Part shown: positions 9,329 to 21,859 of the stretch, in pieces
Layout of the letters: every line of letters begins with the position of its first letter
Position numbering within the stretch: the first letter of the stretch is position 1
From: an uncultured Actinomycetota bacterium
GTDB lineage: Bacteria > Actinomycetota > Actinomycetes > Actinomycetales > CAWJMD01
Length of the DNA: 64,000 nucleotides
Direction: 5' to 3'
NCBI GenBank assembly: GCA_963750285.1
Contig: CAVVQA010000002.1
Span: 198,229 to 262,228 of the forward strand
Position numbers and translations under genes: made by a program
Notes under the pieces: generated by a model
What the model was told of the DNA's origin: nothing
Seen by the model: only the letters and a program-made list of their open reading frames with translations
Databases searched by the model: none

Positions 9329-10974
9329 GTGAGCGGCTCCTCGGCGGCGTCGGCGACCGCGCTCGTGCACGCACTGCTCGCGCGCGGCGTGCGCGACGTC
9401 GTCCTCTGCCCGGGATCGCGGTCGGCGCCGCTCGCCTACGCGCTCGCGGACGCGGAGCGGGCCGGCACGGTGCGCCTGCACGTGCGCCACGACGAGCGCA
9501 CCGCCGCCTTCGTCGCGCTCGGCTGCGCCGCCGCCGACCCGTCGGTGCCCGCCGCGGTGGTCACCACCTCGGGCACCGCGGTGGCGAACCTGCACCCGGC
9601 CGTGCTGGAGGCCCACCACGCCGGCCTGCCGCTGCTCCTGCTGACGGCCGACCGACCTGCGCGGCTGCGCGGCACCTGGGCCAACCAGACCACCGACCTG
9701 CAGCCCGAGGTGTTCGGCCGTGCGACCCGGCGCACCGTCGTGGTCGAGGCGGGCGACGTCGCCGACTGGGCGGCGCTCGCCGACGAGGTGGTGGCCGCCG
9801 CGACGGGTGCCCCCGGCCGGCCCGGCCCGGTGCACCTCGACCTCGGCTACGACGAGCCGCTCGTGCCGGCGGCGGACGAGCCGCCCGCGCCGGATCCCGT
9901 CCCGCATCAGCCGGTCGCGCCACCGTCGGGCCCGGACGTGACCACCCTGGAGCAGGGCCCGCGCACCCTGGTGGTGGCCGGCGCCGGAGCGGGAGCGGGC
10001 GCGCGCGCCCTCGCGGAGCGGGCCGGCTGGCCGCTGCTCGCCGAGCCGTCGTCCGGGGCGAAGGGTGGCCCGAACCGGGTGGGCGCCTACCGGCTCCTGC
10101 TCGAGAACCCCTCGCTCGCAGCCGATGTCGAGCGCGTCGTCGTGCTCGGACGGCCGACCCTCTCCCGCCCGGTGACCCGGCTGCTGGCCCGGCCCGACCT
10201 CGGGCTGGTGCAGGTGGTCGGCCACCCCGACGACGTCGGGCCCGGACCGCGAGGTGCGTCGGGTGGTCGGTGCCGTGACGGCGCCGCCCGCGGACGAGGA
10301 CGGCTGGCTGCGCCGCTGGACGGAGGCGGGACGCCGGGCCGAGCAGGCCGTCGACGCCGTGCTGGACGCGCGCACCGACCTGTCGGGGCCGTGGCTCGCC
10401 CGCGAGATCGCCTGCGCGACAAGGCCGGACGACGTGCTGGTCGTGGCGTCGTCGAACCCCGTGCGCGACCTCGACCTGGTGGCGCCGCCGCCCGACGGGG
10501 CGCGGGTGCTGGCCAACCGCGGCCTCGCGGGCATCGACGGCACCATCTCGACCGCGGTCGGGGCCGCCGCCGCGTCCGGTCGCCCCACCCGGCTGCTGGT
10601 GGGCGACCTCGCGGCGCTGCACGACCTCGGCGGGCTCGTGGTCCCGGAGCCCGAGCGGTCCCGGCTGCGCCTGCAGGTGGTCGTCCTCGACGACGACGGC
10701 GGCGGCATCTTCGGGCTGCTCGAGCACGCGCAGCACCCGCTGTCCTTCGAGCGGGTCTTCGGGACGCCGCACGGCGCCGACCTGGCGCAGGCAGCCGCGG
10801 GCCTGGGCGTCCCGGCCGCACGGGCCGTCGACCGTGCCGAGCTCCGTAGCTACGACAGCGACTGTGCCGCAGGGCATCTCGGTCGTGGTCGTCCCTGCGG
10901 ACCGGACCGCGCTGGCTCCGCTGCACGCCGAGCTCCGCCGCGCCGTGCTCGACGCCGTCCCCTGCACGCCCTGA
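9329..10974 (+). pseudogene. menD: 2-succinyl-5-enolpyruvyl-6-hydroxy-3-cyclohexene-1-carboxylate (SEPHCHC) synthase; two frame breaks (near 10240 and 10850)
   Basis: ThDP-enzyme text LCPGSRSAPLAYAL, TSGTAVANLHPAVLEAHHAGLPLLLLTADRP. The ThDP-binding block GIDGTISTAVGAA...GDLAALHDLGGL is in the second frame. The end ...VPQGISVVVVPADRTALAPLHAELRRAVLDAVPCTP* is in the third frame. Confidence 0.85.
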
Positions 10975-11009
10975 CGCCGGCGGCGGCCGACCCGCCGTCA
11001 CGGCGCAGA

Positions 11010-11039
11010 GGCCCCCGCACCGTGACCGGTGCGGGGGCC
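11010..11039. terminator. GC-rich hairpin between convergent menD and the M28 peptidase gene (candidate bidirectional terminator)
   Basis: GGCCCCCGCACC gtgacc GGTGCGGGGGCC is a perfect 12-13 bp stem. There is no T-tract, as is common in high-GC actinobacteria. Confidence 0.5.
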
Positions 11040-11068
11040 TCGTGCAAGAGTGCCGGATCGCCGGCGGC

Positions 11069-12593
11069 TCAGGCGGTCTCGGCGTGCAGGTGCGGCACGA
11101 CCGTGGCGGCCGTCTTCGCCGCGGCGGCTCGAGCGGCAGCCTTCTGCTTGCGTCCCTCGACGCCGTTGACGTCGGCCGTCGACAGCGCGTACTTGCCGAC
11201 GGAGTAGGCCACGGCGTCGATGTTGCGGTCGAACGCCGTCCGGTCGACGTTGCCCAGGTTGTCGCACGCGGCGTGGTAGCAAGGGTCGTAGGCGACACCG
11301 GCCGTGCCACCCCACTTGGCCGCCTGCTCAGCGGTCTTCACGCCCTCGGCGCCGGTGAACAGGCCACCGGCGGGGATGCCCTGGGCGATGAACTCGCCGT
11401 AGTCCGAGCGACCCGAGAAGTCCGTGCCCTCGGTGGGCACCTGCAGGCGCTGGGCGAAGAAGTCGGTGAACGTCTTCTCGATCTGCGCCGACCCGTACGG
11501 GCCGGGCCCCGCGCCGACGGCGTCGGAGTCGTCGCCGTCGTAGACGAAGTACGCCGCGTTCGGCGAGCCGATCATGTCGAAGTTCAGGTAGAGCGCGATG
11601 TCGAGCTGCTGCTCGAACGTGAGCGACTGGACGTACTCCGTGGAGCCGATCAGACCGAGCTCCTCCGCGCCCCACCAGCCGAACCGCACCGCGTTCTTGG
11701 TGTTCGGGCGGCTGCCCATCGCCAGCGCGACCTCGAGCAGGCCGGCCGAGCCGGTGCCGTTGTCGTTGATGCCCGCCTCGACGGCGTCGAGGTGCGCGCC
11801 CGCCATCACGACGTTGTCGGTGCGACCGGTGCGGGTCTGGGCGATGACGTTGCGCTGGGTGCGCGTGACGTCCTCGTAGACCAGCTCGAGCGTCGCGGTC
11901 TGCCCGGCGGCGGCGATCAGCGTGGTGCCGTCGGCCTGGCTCACCCCGCCGACGGGGATGGCGCCGGGGTTGCCCAGCGTCACGTTCGTCAGCGGACCGG
12001 CGGTGTTGTTGGCGATGAGCGCCCCGACGGCGCCGGCGGCGGCGGCGTTGTTCGCCTTGATCTCGAAGGTGCACGCGCCGCGGCGGATCACCGCGATCTT
12101 CCCGGTGAAGTCCTGCCCGGCGAAGTCGGTGGCCTCGCAGCCGGGGGTGGCGTCGCCAGGCGCGTCCGCGACGGCGACCAGCGGCGCGGTGATGCCGCCC
12201 ACCGGCGTCTGCGGGACTCTCCTCCAGCTTGTCCGCCTGGTACGAGGTGCCGCCGACCGTCACCTGGTTGGCGACCGCGACCTCCTCGGTGTACTGGAAC
12301 TCCGGGGTGCTGACGAGGAAGCCGGCGGCGGTGAGCTTGCCGGCGACGTAGTCGACGCTGGCGTCGTAGCCCGGGGTGTTGGCGGCGCGGTTGCCGCCGT
12401 TGCGGTCGGCGATCCGCTGGAACGCGATCAGGTGGCGGTTGGCGTCCGCGGCGTCGGCCTGGCGGACGAGCCGGTTGGCCAGCCACTCCGGGTCGGCCGG
12501 TGCCGCGGTGGCGGGCACGGCGAGCGACGCGACGAGCGCTGCGGCGCCGAGGGCGGCCACGGCGAGGCGACGCGGGCTGGGTGAGCGGTGCAT
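11069..12593 (-). pseudogene. secreted M28 family aminopeptidase with PA domain; one frame break near 12210
   Basis: Signal-peptide-like N-terminus [32 protein letters not shown] (frame of ORF 11328..12632). The catalytic part is in ORF 11069..12202: MAGAHLDAVEAGINDNGTGSAGLLEVA, FGWWGAEELGLIGS, YLNFDMIGSPN, DPCYHAACD. Confidence 0.8.
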
Positions 12594-12770
12594 CGAGGTC
12601 CTTCCGGTCCTGCGGCGGGCGACGTTGCCCACCTGCCCGGGCGTGCCGGGGCGCCGTCGTGCAGCGGAGCACGGGTGCCGGGGTGCTCACACCCTGTCGG
12701 CGTCACCCGATCGGGTCAAGGGGACGAGTCGGACCGGGGTGCGCGCGTGCGACCGCCGCGTGGCCCGGGC

Positions 12771-14085
12771 TCAGCCGAGGGCGTCGCGCATCGGCACCAG
12801 CTTGGCGTCCGACTCGGCCAGCTCGGCCTCGGGGTCGGAGCCCGCGACGATGCCGCAGCCGGCGAAGAGCCTGATGCCGAGAGGGGTTCTCGTGGTCGAG
12901 CCGGGCCGAGCGCAGCGCGATCCCGATCTCGCCGTCGCCGCGCGCGTCGACCCACCCGACCGGTCCGGCGTAGCGGTCGCGGTCCATCCCCTCGAGCTCG
13001 TCGATCACCCGCGCCGCGACGGCGGTCGGGGTGCCGCACACCGCCGCCGAGGGGTGCAGGGTCTCCACGAGGTCGAGCACGGACGGACCGGTGCCACCCG
13101 CCTCCGGCCGCGGCAGCACGCCGGTGACGTCGGTCGCCAGGTGCATGACGTTCGGCAGGTGCAGCACGAACGGCGCCTCGGGCAGGTTCATGCCGGCGCA
13201 GTGGCGGCCGAGCGAGTCGGCCACCGAGCGCACCGCGTACTCGTGCTCCTCGAGGTCCTTGCTGCTGCGGGCGAGCGAGGCCGCGAGCGCGAGGTCGTGG
13301 TCGTCGTCGCCGGTGCGGCGGATGGTGCCGGCGAGCACCCGGGAGGTGACCAGGCCGCGCTCGGAGCGCACGAGCAGCTCCGGCGTGGCGCCGACCAGGC
13401 CGTCGACCCCGAACGTCCAGCACGACGGGTAGCCCTCGCCCAGCCGGTCGAGCACCCAGCGCACGTCGACCGGGCGCTCGGTGCGGGCGTCCAGGTCGCG
13501 CGCCAGCACCACCTTGTCGAGCTCGCCGGCGGTGATCCGCGCGACCGCCTCGGCGACCGCCGACATCCAGCGCGGCCCGGACCGCGCGCCGTCGGCGTAG
13601 CTGCACCTGGCCCGGGCCCGTCGGGTGCCGCGCCCGGCGCGACGGGGGCGGCCGGGGCGGGCAGCTCCTCGCCGCGGGTGGTGGCGGTGACCCACCAGCG
13701 GCCGCCGCGGTGGCCCACGACCGTGCGCGGGACGACCAGCACGCCGCCCGCCCGCGAGCCGGGCGAGAAGGGGAAGGAGACGAACGCGACCGGGCCGGAG
13801 CCGGGCAGGCCCACCTCGTCGCGGACGACGGCGTGCCGGCCGATCTCGGTCCACGCGTCGGCGGCGGCGTGCACGGCGCCGGCCGGACGGCAGGTCGACG
13901 CGCAGGCACTCGCCGACGCCGACCAGGCCCTCGCCGCGGCGCACCCACGCCTGCACCTCGCCGGGCGGCAGCAGCCCCAGCAGCGGTCCCGGGTCGTCGA
14001 CCTCGACGGTGCGGCTGACCAGCGGCCCCGGGTGCGGGGCCGCCGCGGGCACGTCCGGGTCGGACGCCAGGGAGCCGGTCGACAT
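12771..14085 (-). pseudogene. menF: isochorismate synthase; about four frame breaks
   Basis: Chorismate-binding text [13 protein letters not shown]...[10 protein letters not shown]...[11 protein letters not shown]...[27 protein letters not shown]. The true end [36 protein letters not shown] is in a different frame, with its stop at 12771. The N-terminus [13 protein letters not shown] starts at the ATG at 14085. Divergent from the ubiE-type gene. Confidence 0.8.
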
Positions 14086-14178
14086 CGCGCTCAGCCTAAG
14101 CGGTGGCAGGATCGCACCTGTGAGGGAGCGGAGCGAGCGAGCCATCGGACACTGCGACGCCACGGCGAGGGACGAGCC

Positions 14179-14868
14179 GTGAGGGCATCGCTGGAGAAGC
14201 AGCCGGGCGACGTCGCGTCGATGTTCGACGACGTCGCCGAGCGCTACGACCTCACCAACGACGTGCTGTCCCTCGGGCAGGACCGCCGCTGGCGCCGTGC
14301 CGTCGTGCGCGCCGTCGACGCGCGGCCGGGCGAGCGGGTGCTCGACCTCGCCGCCGGCACCGCCACCTCGTCCGAGCCGTTCGCCGACGCCGGCGTGCTC
14401 ACGGTGGCCAGCGACTTCTCCCTCGGGATGCTGCGGGTCGGACGCCGGCGCCGCCCGGACCTGTCGCTGGTGGCCGGCGACGGCACCCGGCTGCCGTTCG
14501 CCGACGACTCCTTCGACGCCGTGACGATCTCGTTCGGCCTGCGCAACATCGTCGACCACCGGGCCGGCCTGGCCGAGATGCTGCGGGTGACGCGTCCGGG
14601 CGGCCGGCTGGTGGTGTGCGAGTTCTCGCACCCGACGTTCGGGCCGTTCCGCACCGTCTACACCGAGTACCTGATGCGCGCGCTGCCGCCGGTGGCCCGC
14701 ACGGTCAGCTCCAACCCCGACGCCTACGTCTACCTCGCCGAGTCGATCCGGGCCTGGCCCGACCAGGCCGCGCTCGCCGAGCAGGTGCGCGAGGCCGGCT
14801 GGACCGGCGTCGAGTGGCGCAACCTCTCCGGCGGCATCGTCGCGCTGCACCGGGCCACCGCTCCCTGA
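14179..14868 (+). CDS. ubiE: demethylmenaquinone methyltransferase (UbiE/MenG family)
   Basis: Last 229 codons of ORF 12376..14868, from the GTG at 14179. [29 protein letters not shown] motif [29 protein letters not shown]. Intact. Confidence 0.85.
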   Translation: MRASLEKQPGDVASMFDDVAERYDLTNDVLSLGQDRRWRRAVVRAVDARPGERVLDLAAGTATSSEPFADAGVLTVASDFSLGMLRVGRRRRPDLSLVAGDGTRLPFADDSFDAVTISFGLRNIVDHRAGLAEMLRVTRPGGRLVVCEFSHPTFGPFRTVYTEYLMRALPPVARTVSSNPDAYVYLAESIRAWPDQAALAEQVREAGWTGVEWRNLSGGIVALHRATAP

Positions 14869-14969
14869 GCAGCGCTCCCGAGCGCTCTCCGAGGTGCGGG
14901 GGACCGGCATCGGTGGTGTGCTCGGAGCAGTCCCCGGCACGACCGGGGGCACGACGAGAGGGGTTGGAC

Positions 14970-15143
14970 GTGGGACTCGACGACAAGATGAAGAACACCG
15001 CCCAGGACGCCGCCGGCAAGGTCAAGGAGGGCGCCGGGAAGGCCTCCGACGACGAGCGCCTCGAGTCCGAGGGCCGCGCCGACCAGAGCGAGGCCGATCT
15101 CAAGCAGGCCGGCGAGAAGGTCAAGGACGCTTTCAAGAACTGA
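14970..15143 (+). CDS. CsbD family stress-response protein
   Basis: VGLDDKMKNTAQDAAGKVKEGAGKASDDERLESEGRADQSEADLKQAGEKVKDAFKN. A GAGAGGGG Shine-Dalgarno lies upstream of the GTG at 14970. Confidence 0.8.
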   Translation: MGLDDKMKNTAQDAAGKVKEGAGKASDDERLESEGRADQSEADLKQAGEKVKDAFKN

Positions 15144-15260
15144 GCACGAGGGCCGGGGCCCGGGCCGTCGCACGGTCCGGGCCCCCGGTCTGTCCGGCGG
15201 AGGTTAGGTCCACCTCACCGGACGACCCCGCGGTCGGCTGCGTAGAGTGGCCGCCGCAGT

Positions 15261-15278
15261 TAGTGAACGGGTTCACAA
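15261..15278. promoter_or_regulatory. candidate Rex (redox-sensing repressor) operator
   Basis: TAGTGAA-CGGG-TTCACAA compared with the Rex operator consensus TTGTGAA-N4-TTCACAA shows one mismatch. It lies 12-18 nt upstream of the reductase gene that precedes nuoA-N. Confidence 0.55.
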
Positions 15279-15290
15279 GCGGTCCGGGAG

Positions 15291-16595
15291 GTGCACGTGG
15301 TCGAGCGCGACGCCGACGTCCTCGTGGTCGGCGCAGGTCCGGCCGGCGCGACCGCGGCCCACTACCTCGCCCGCGCCGGGCTCGACGTGCTGGTGCTGGA
15401 GAAGACGGCGTTCCCCCGCGAGAAGGTCTGCGGCGACGGCCTCACCCCCCGCGCGGTGCGCGAGCTGGTGACGATGGGCGTCAGCACCCGCGAGGAGGAC
15501 GGCTGGATCCGCAACCAGGGGCTGCGGATCATCGGCGGCGGCATGCGGCTCGAGCTGCCGTGGCCCGACCTCGCCAGCTTCCCCGACTACGGCCTGGTGC
15601 GGCCGCGCAAGGACTTCGACGAGGTCCTGGCCCGGCACGCCGAGAAGTCCGGTGCCCGGATCCTGCAGCTGATGAACGTCACCGGGCCGGTGCTGGACGA
15701 GTCCGACACCTCCGGCACGCCCCGCGTGGTCGGCGTCCGTGCCCGACCGGTCGACGAGAAGGGCCGTCGCGTCGGCGACGAGCGCACCTTCCGCGCCCCC
15801 GTGGTGCTCGCGGCCGACGGCGTCTCCGCCCGGCTCGCGCTCCAGCTCGGCGTCGCCAAGCGCGACGACCGCCCGCTCGGCGTCGCGGTCCGCACCTACT
15901 TCGAGAGCCCCCGGCACGACGACGACTGGCTGGAGAGCTGGCTCGAGCTGTGGGACGGCGAGCCGCAGCGCTCGAACCTGCTGCCGGGCTACGGCTGGGT
16001 GTTCGGTGTCGGCGACGGCACGTCGAACGTGGGGCTCGGGATCCTCAACAGCTCCGACGCCTTCGGCAAGGTCGACTACAAGGAGCTGCTCGAGCGCTGG
16101 TGCGCCACGATGCCCGCGGAGTGGCAGTACACCCCCGAGCACCAGGTCGGCGAGATCCGCGGCGCCGCGCTGCCGATGGGCTTCAACCGCACGCCGCACT
16201 ACACCCGCGGCGTGCTGCTGCTCGGCGACGCCGGCGGCATGGTCAACCCGTTCAACGGCGAGGGCATCGCGTACGCGATGGAGTCGGCCCGGCTGGCCGC
16301 CGACGTCGTCGTGCAGGCGCTCTCGCGTCCGGACGAGGCCTCCCGCGAGCGGGCGCTGCAGGCCTACCCGCAGGTGATGAAGGACGCGCTCGGCGGGTAC
16401 TACACGCTCGGCCGGGTCTTCGTCCGGCTGATCGGCAACCCCACGGTGATGAAGCTGGCCACCCAGCACGGCCTGCCCCGTCCGCTGCTGATGAAGTTCA
16501 CCCTGAAGCTGCTGGCGAACCTGTCCGACCCCCGCGGCGGCGACGCGCTCGACCGGCTCGTCAACGGGCTCCAGAAGATGGCCCCGGCGGCATGA
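15291..16595 (+). CDS. geranylgeranyl reductase family flavoprotein (menaquinone/isoprenoid side-chain reductase-like)
   Basis: Intact 434-aa ORF. FAD motif DVLVVGAGPAGATAAHYLARAGLDVLVLEK, then CGDGLTPRAV and LLLGDAGGMVNPFNGEGI. The GTG at 15297 has better spacing to the GGGAG than the GTG at 15291. Confidence 0.85.
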   Translation: MHVVERDADVLVVGAGPAGATAAHYLARAGLDVLVLEKTAFPREKVCGDGLTPRAVRELVTMGVSTREEDGWIRNQGLRIIGGGMRLELPWPDLASFPDYGLVRPRKDFDEVLARHAEKSGARILQLMNVTGPVLDESDTSGTPRVVGVRARPVDEKGRRVGDERTFRAPVVLAADGVSARLALQLGVAKRDDRPLGVAVRTYFESPRHDDDWLESWLELWDGEPQRSNLLPGYGWVFGVGDGTSNVGLGILNSSDAFGKVDYKELLERWCATMPAEWQYTPEHQVGEIRGAALPMGFNRTPHYTRGVLLLGDAGGMVNPFNGEGIAYAMESARLAADVVVQALSRPDEASRERALQAYPQVMKDALGGYYTLGRVFVRLIGNPTVMKLATQHGLPRPLLMKFTLKLLANLSDPRGGDALDRLVNGLQKMAPAA

Positions 16596-16683
16596 ACCGG
16601 GCCTCCCACGACGTGATCTGCGCCACCCCTAGGATGGGCGGCGCTCGACGACTCGCGGCCGGCACCGCAGCGCAGAAGGGAGC

Positions 16684-17061
16684 ATGAGGGTGGAGCAGCC
16701 GTTCAACCCGTACATCCCGATCCTGGCCATGCTGGCCCTGTCGGTCGGGTTCGTGGCCTTCTCGTTGATCACCAACTCGTTGGTCGGTCCGAAGCGCTAC
16801 AACCGCGCCAAGCTCGACGCCTACGAGTGCGGCATCGAGCCCACCCCGCAGGCGGCGGGCGGCGGCCGGTTCCCGGTGAAGTACTACCTGGTCGCGATGA
16901 CGTTCATCGTCTTCGACATCGAGGTGGTCTTCCTCTACCCGTGGGCCGTCGCGTTCGAGGAGCTGCGCGTCTTCGGGCTCGTGGCGATGCTCGGCTTCCT
17001 GTTCCTCATCACCGTGCCGTTCGTCTACGAGTGGCGCCGGGGAGGCCTGGAGTGGGACTGA
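16684..17061 (+). CDS. nuoA: NADH-quinone oxidoreductase subunit A
   Basis: Intact 125 aa. YECGIEP...[26 protein letters not shown]. Confidence 0.9.
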   Translation: MRVEQPFNPYIPILAMLALSVGFVAFSLITNSLVGPKRYNRAKLDAYECGIEPTPQAAGGGRFPVKYYLVAMTFIVFDIEVVFLYPWAVAFEELRVFGLVAMLGFLFLITVPFVYEWRRGGLEWD

Positions 17062-17113
17062 CCGGCAACCACCACGAGCGCACCTGCGCGCACCGACGAG
17101 GAGGGCGGGCCTG

Positions 17114-17669
17114 ATGGGTCTGGAGGAGAAGCTGCCGAGCGGCTTCCTGCTCGACACGGTCGAGAACGTCATCGGCTACATGCGCAAGAACTCGGTGTGG
17201 CCGGCCACCTTCGGCCTGGCCTGCTGCGCGATCGAGATGATGGCGGTCGGCGGCCCGAAGTACGACATCGCGCGGTTCGGCATGGAGCGGTTCTCGCGCG
17301 ACCCCGCGCCAGGCCGACCTGATGATCGTGGCCGGCCGGGTCAGCCAGAAGATGGCCCCGGTGCTGCGCCAGATCTACGACCAGATGGCCGAGCCGAAGT
17401 GGGTCATCGCCATGGGCGTGTGCTCGTCGTCCGGCGGGATGTTCAACAACTACGCGATCGTCCAGGGCGTCGACCACGTCGTGCCGGTCGACATCTACCT
17501 GCCCGGCTGCCCGCCGCGTCCGGAGATGCTGCTCAACGCGATCATCGAGCTGCACCAGCAGATCCAGTCGATGCCGTTCGGCGTCAACCGCACCCGGGCC
17601 GCCGAGGCCGCCGAGGCGGCGGCGCTGCAGGCGGTGCCGACCTCGCGGATGAAGGGCCTCCTGGCATGA
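17114..17669 (+). pseudogene. nuoB: NADH-quinone oxidoreductase subunit B; one frame break near 17300
   Basis: [15 protein letters not shown]...ARFGMERFS is in the frame of ORF 17114. [21 protein letters not shown]...[10 protein letters not shown]...LPGCPPRPE is in the frame of ORF 17322..17669. All N2-cluster cysteines are present. Confidence 0.9.
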
Positions 17670-18476
17670 CGGAGGAGAAGGACCGCACGACGCCCGGCAC
17701 GGGCGCGCCCGACCCCACGTCCACCCCCGACGCCCCCGAGGCCGCGCCCACCGGGGCCCAGGTCGGCGGCGAGGTGGGTCGACGCGGCGTGCCCGACCCC
17801 GAGGTCATCGCGGTGCGCGAGGGCATGTTCGGCGTCCGCGGCACCGGCGACACCTCCGGCTACGGCGGGCTGCAGCGCGCCGATCGTCATGCCCGGCGCC
17901 ACCACGCGCCCGTACGGCGGCTGGTTCGACGAGCTGGCCGACATCCTGGCCGAGGTGCTGTCCGAGCCGACCGCCGAGGGCGCCGACGGCCCGGGCTGGG
18001 ACGCCGCCATCGAGAAGGTCGTGGTCGACCGCGGCGAGCTGACGCTGTTCGTCCGCCGCGAGCACCTGCTGCACGTGGCGCAGGTGCTGCGCGACGACGA
18101 CGACCTGCGGTTCGAGATGTGCATGGGCGCCAGCGGCGTGCACTACCCCGAGGAGATCGGCCGCGAGCTGCACGTGGTGTACCCGATGCTCTCGGTCACC
18201 CACAACCGGCGGGTGCGGCTCGAGGTCGTGGCCCCCGACTCCGACCCGCACGTCCCGTCGATCACGCCGGTGTACCCGTCCAACGACTGGCACGAGCGCG
18301 AGGTCTGGGACTTCTTCGGCGTGGTCTTCGACGGCCACACCGCCCTGACCCGGATCCAGATGCCCGACGACTGGCCGGGCCACCCGCAGCGCAAGGACTA
18401 CCCGCTGGGCGGCATCCCGGTGGAGTACAAGGGCGCGACCATCCCGCCGCCGGACACCCGCCGGCGCTACCGGTGA
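17666..18476 (+). pseudogene. nuoC: NADH-quinone oxidoreductase subunit C; one frame break near 17880
   Basis: The ATG overlaps the nuoB stop (ATGA). The Pro/Thr-rich N-terminal extension [13 protein letters not shown]... is in one frame, and [13 protein letters not shown]...[19 protein letters not shown]...YPLGG is in ORF 17889..18476. Confidence 0.85.
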
Positions 18477-18492
18477 CCCGGGGAGGCAGCTG

Positions 18493-19846
<1,354 letters not shown>

Positions 19847-20545
19847 GTGGCGTACGACCCGCAGGTGCGCGAGCGCCTGACCGCCGACGCGCAGCAGATC
19901 ATCGCGCGGTACCCGCAGCCGCGCTCGGCGCTGCTGCCGATGCTGCACCTGGTGCAGTCCGAGGACGGTTACGTCAGCCCGGACGGCATCACGCTGTGCG
20001 CCGAGCTGCTCGACCTCACCGCCGCCGAGGTGTCGGCCGTGGCGACGTTCTACACGCAGTACAAGCGCCACCCGAACGGCGAGTACACGGTGGGCGTGTG
20101 CACCAACACGCTGTGCGCGGTCATGGGCGGCGACCAGATCTGGTCCGAGCTGTCCGAGCACCTCGGCGTGGGGCACGACGAGACCACCGACGACGGCCGG
20201 ATCACGCTGGAGCGGCTCGAGTGCAACGCCGCGTGCGACTTCGCCCCCGTGGTGATGGTCAACTGGGAGTTCTTCGACAACCAGACCCCTTCCAGCGCCA
20301 AGGCTCTCGCCGACGACATCGCCGCCGGCCGCGACGTCATGCCGACCCGCGGGGCGGCCCGCGTGTGCACCTTCAAGCAGGTCTCGCGCACGCTGGCGGG
20401 CTTCGACGACGGACTGGCCGACGAGGGCACCGGCGCCAACGGCGCCAGCCTCGAGGGGCTGCGGCTCGCGCGTGAGAAGGACTGGCGCGCACCGGTTCCG
20501 GGCGACCACTCCGGCCAGCCGGCCGGCGCAGGCAAGGAGGGCTGA
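19847..20545 (+). CDS. nuoE: NADH-quinone oxidoreductase subunit E
   Basis: 232-aa ORF. 2Fe-2S cysteines [14 protein letters not shown]...[11 protein letters not shown]. An ATG at 19842 overlapping the nuoD stop would give MS-AYDPQ if one G were removed, so the exact start is uncertain. Confidence 0.85.
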   Translation: MAYDPQVRERLTADAQQIIARYPQPRSALLPMLHLVQSEDGYVSPDGITLCAELLDLTAAEVSAVATFYTQYKRHPNGEYTVGVCTNTLCAVMGGDQIWSELSEHLGVGHDETTDDGRITLERLECNAACDFAPVVMVNWEFFDNQTPSSAKALADDIAAGRDVMPTRGAARVCTFKQVSRTLAGFDDGLADEGTGANGASLEGLRLAREKDWRAPVPGDHSGQPAGAGKEG

Positions 20546-20548
20546 CCC

Positions 20549-21858
<1,310 letters not shown>

Positions 21859-21859
<1 letters not shown>

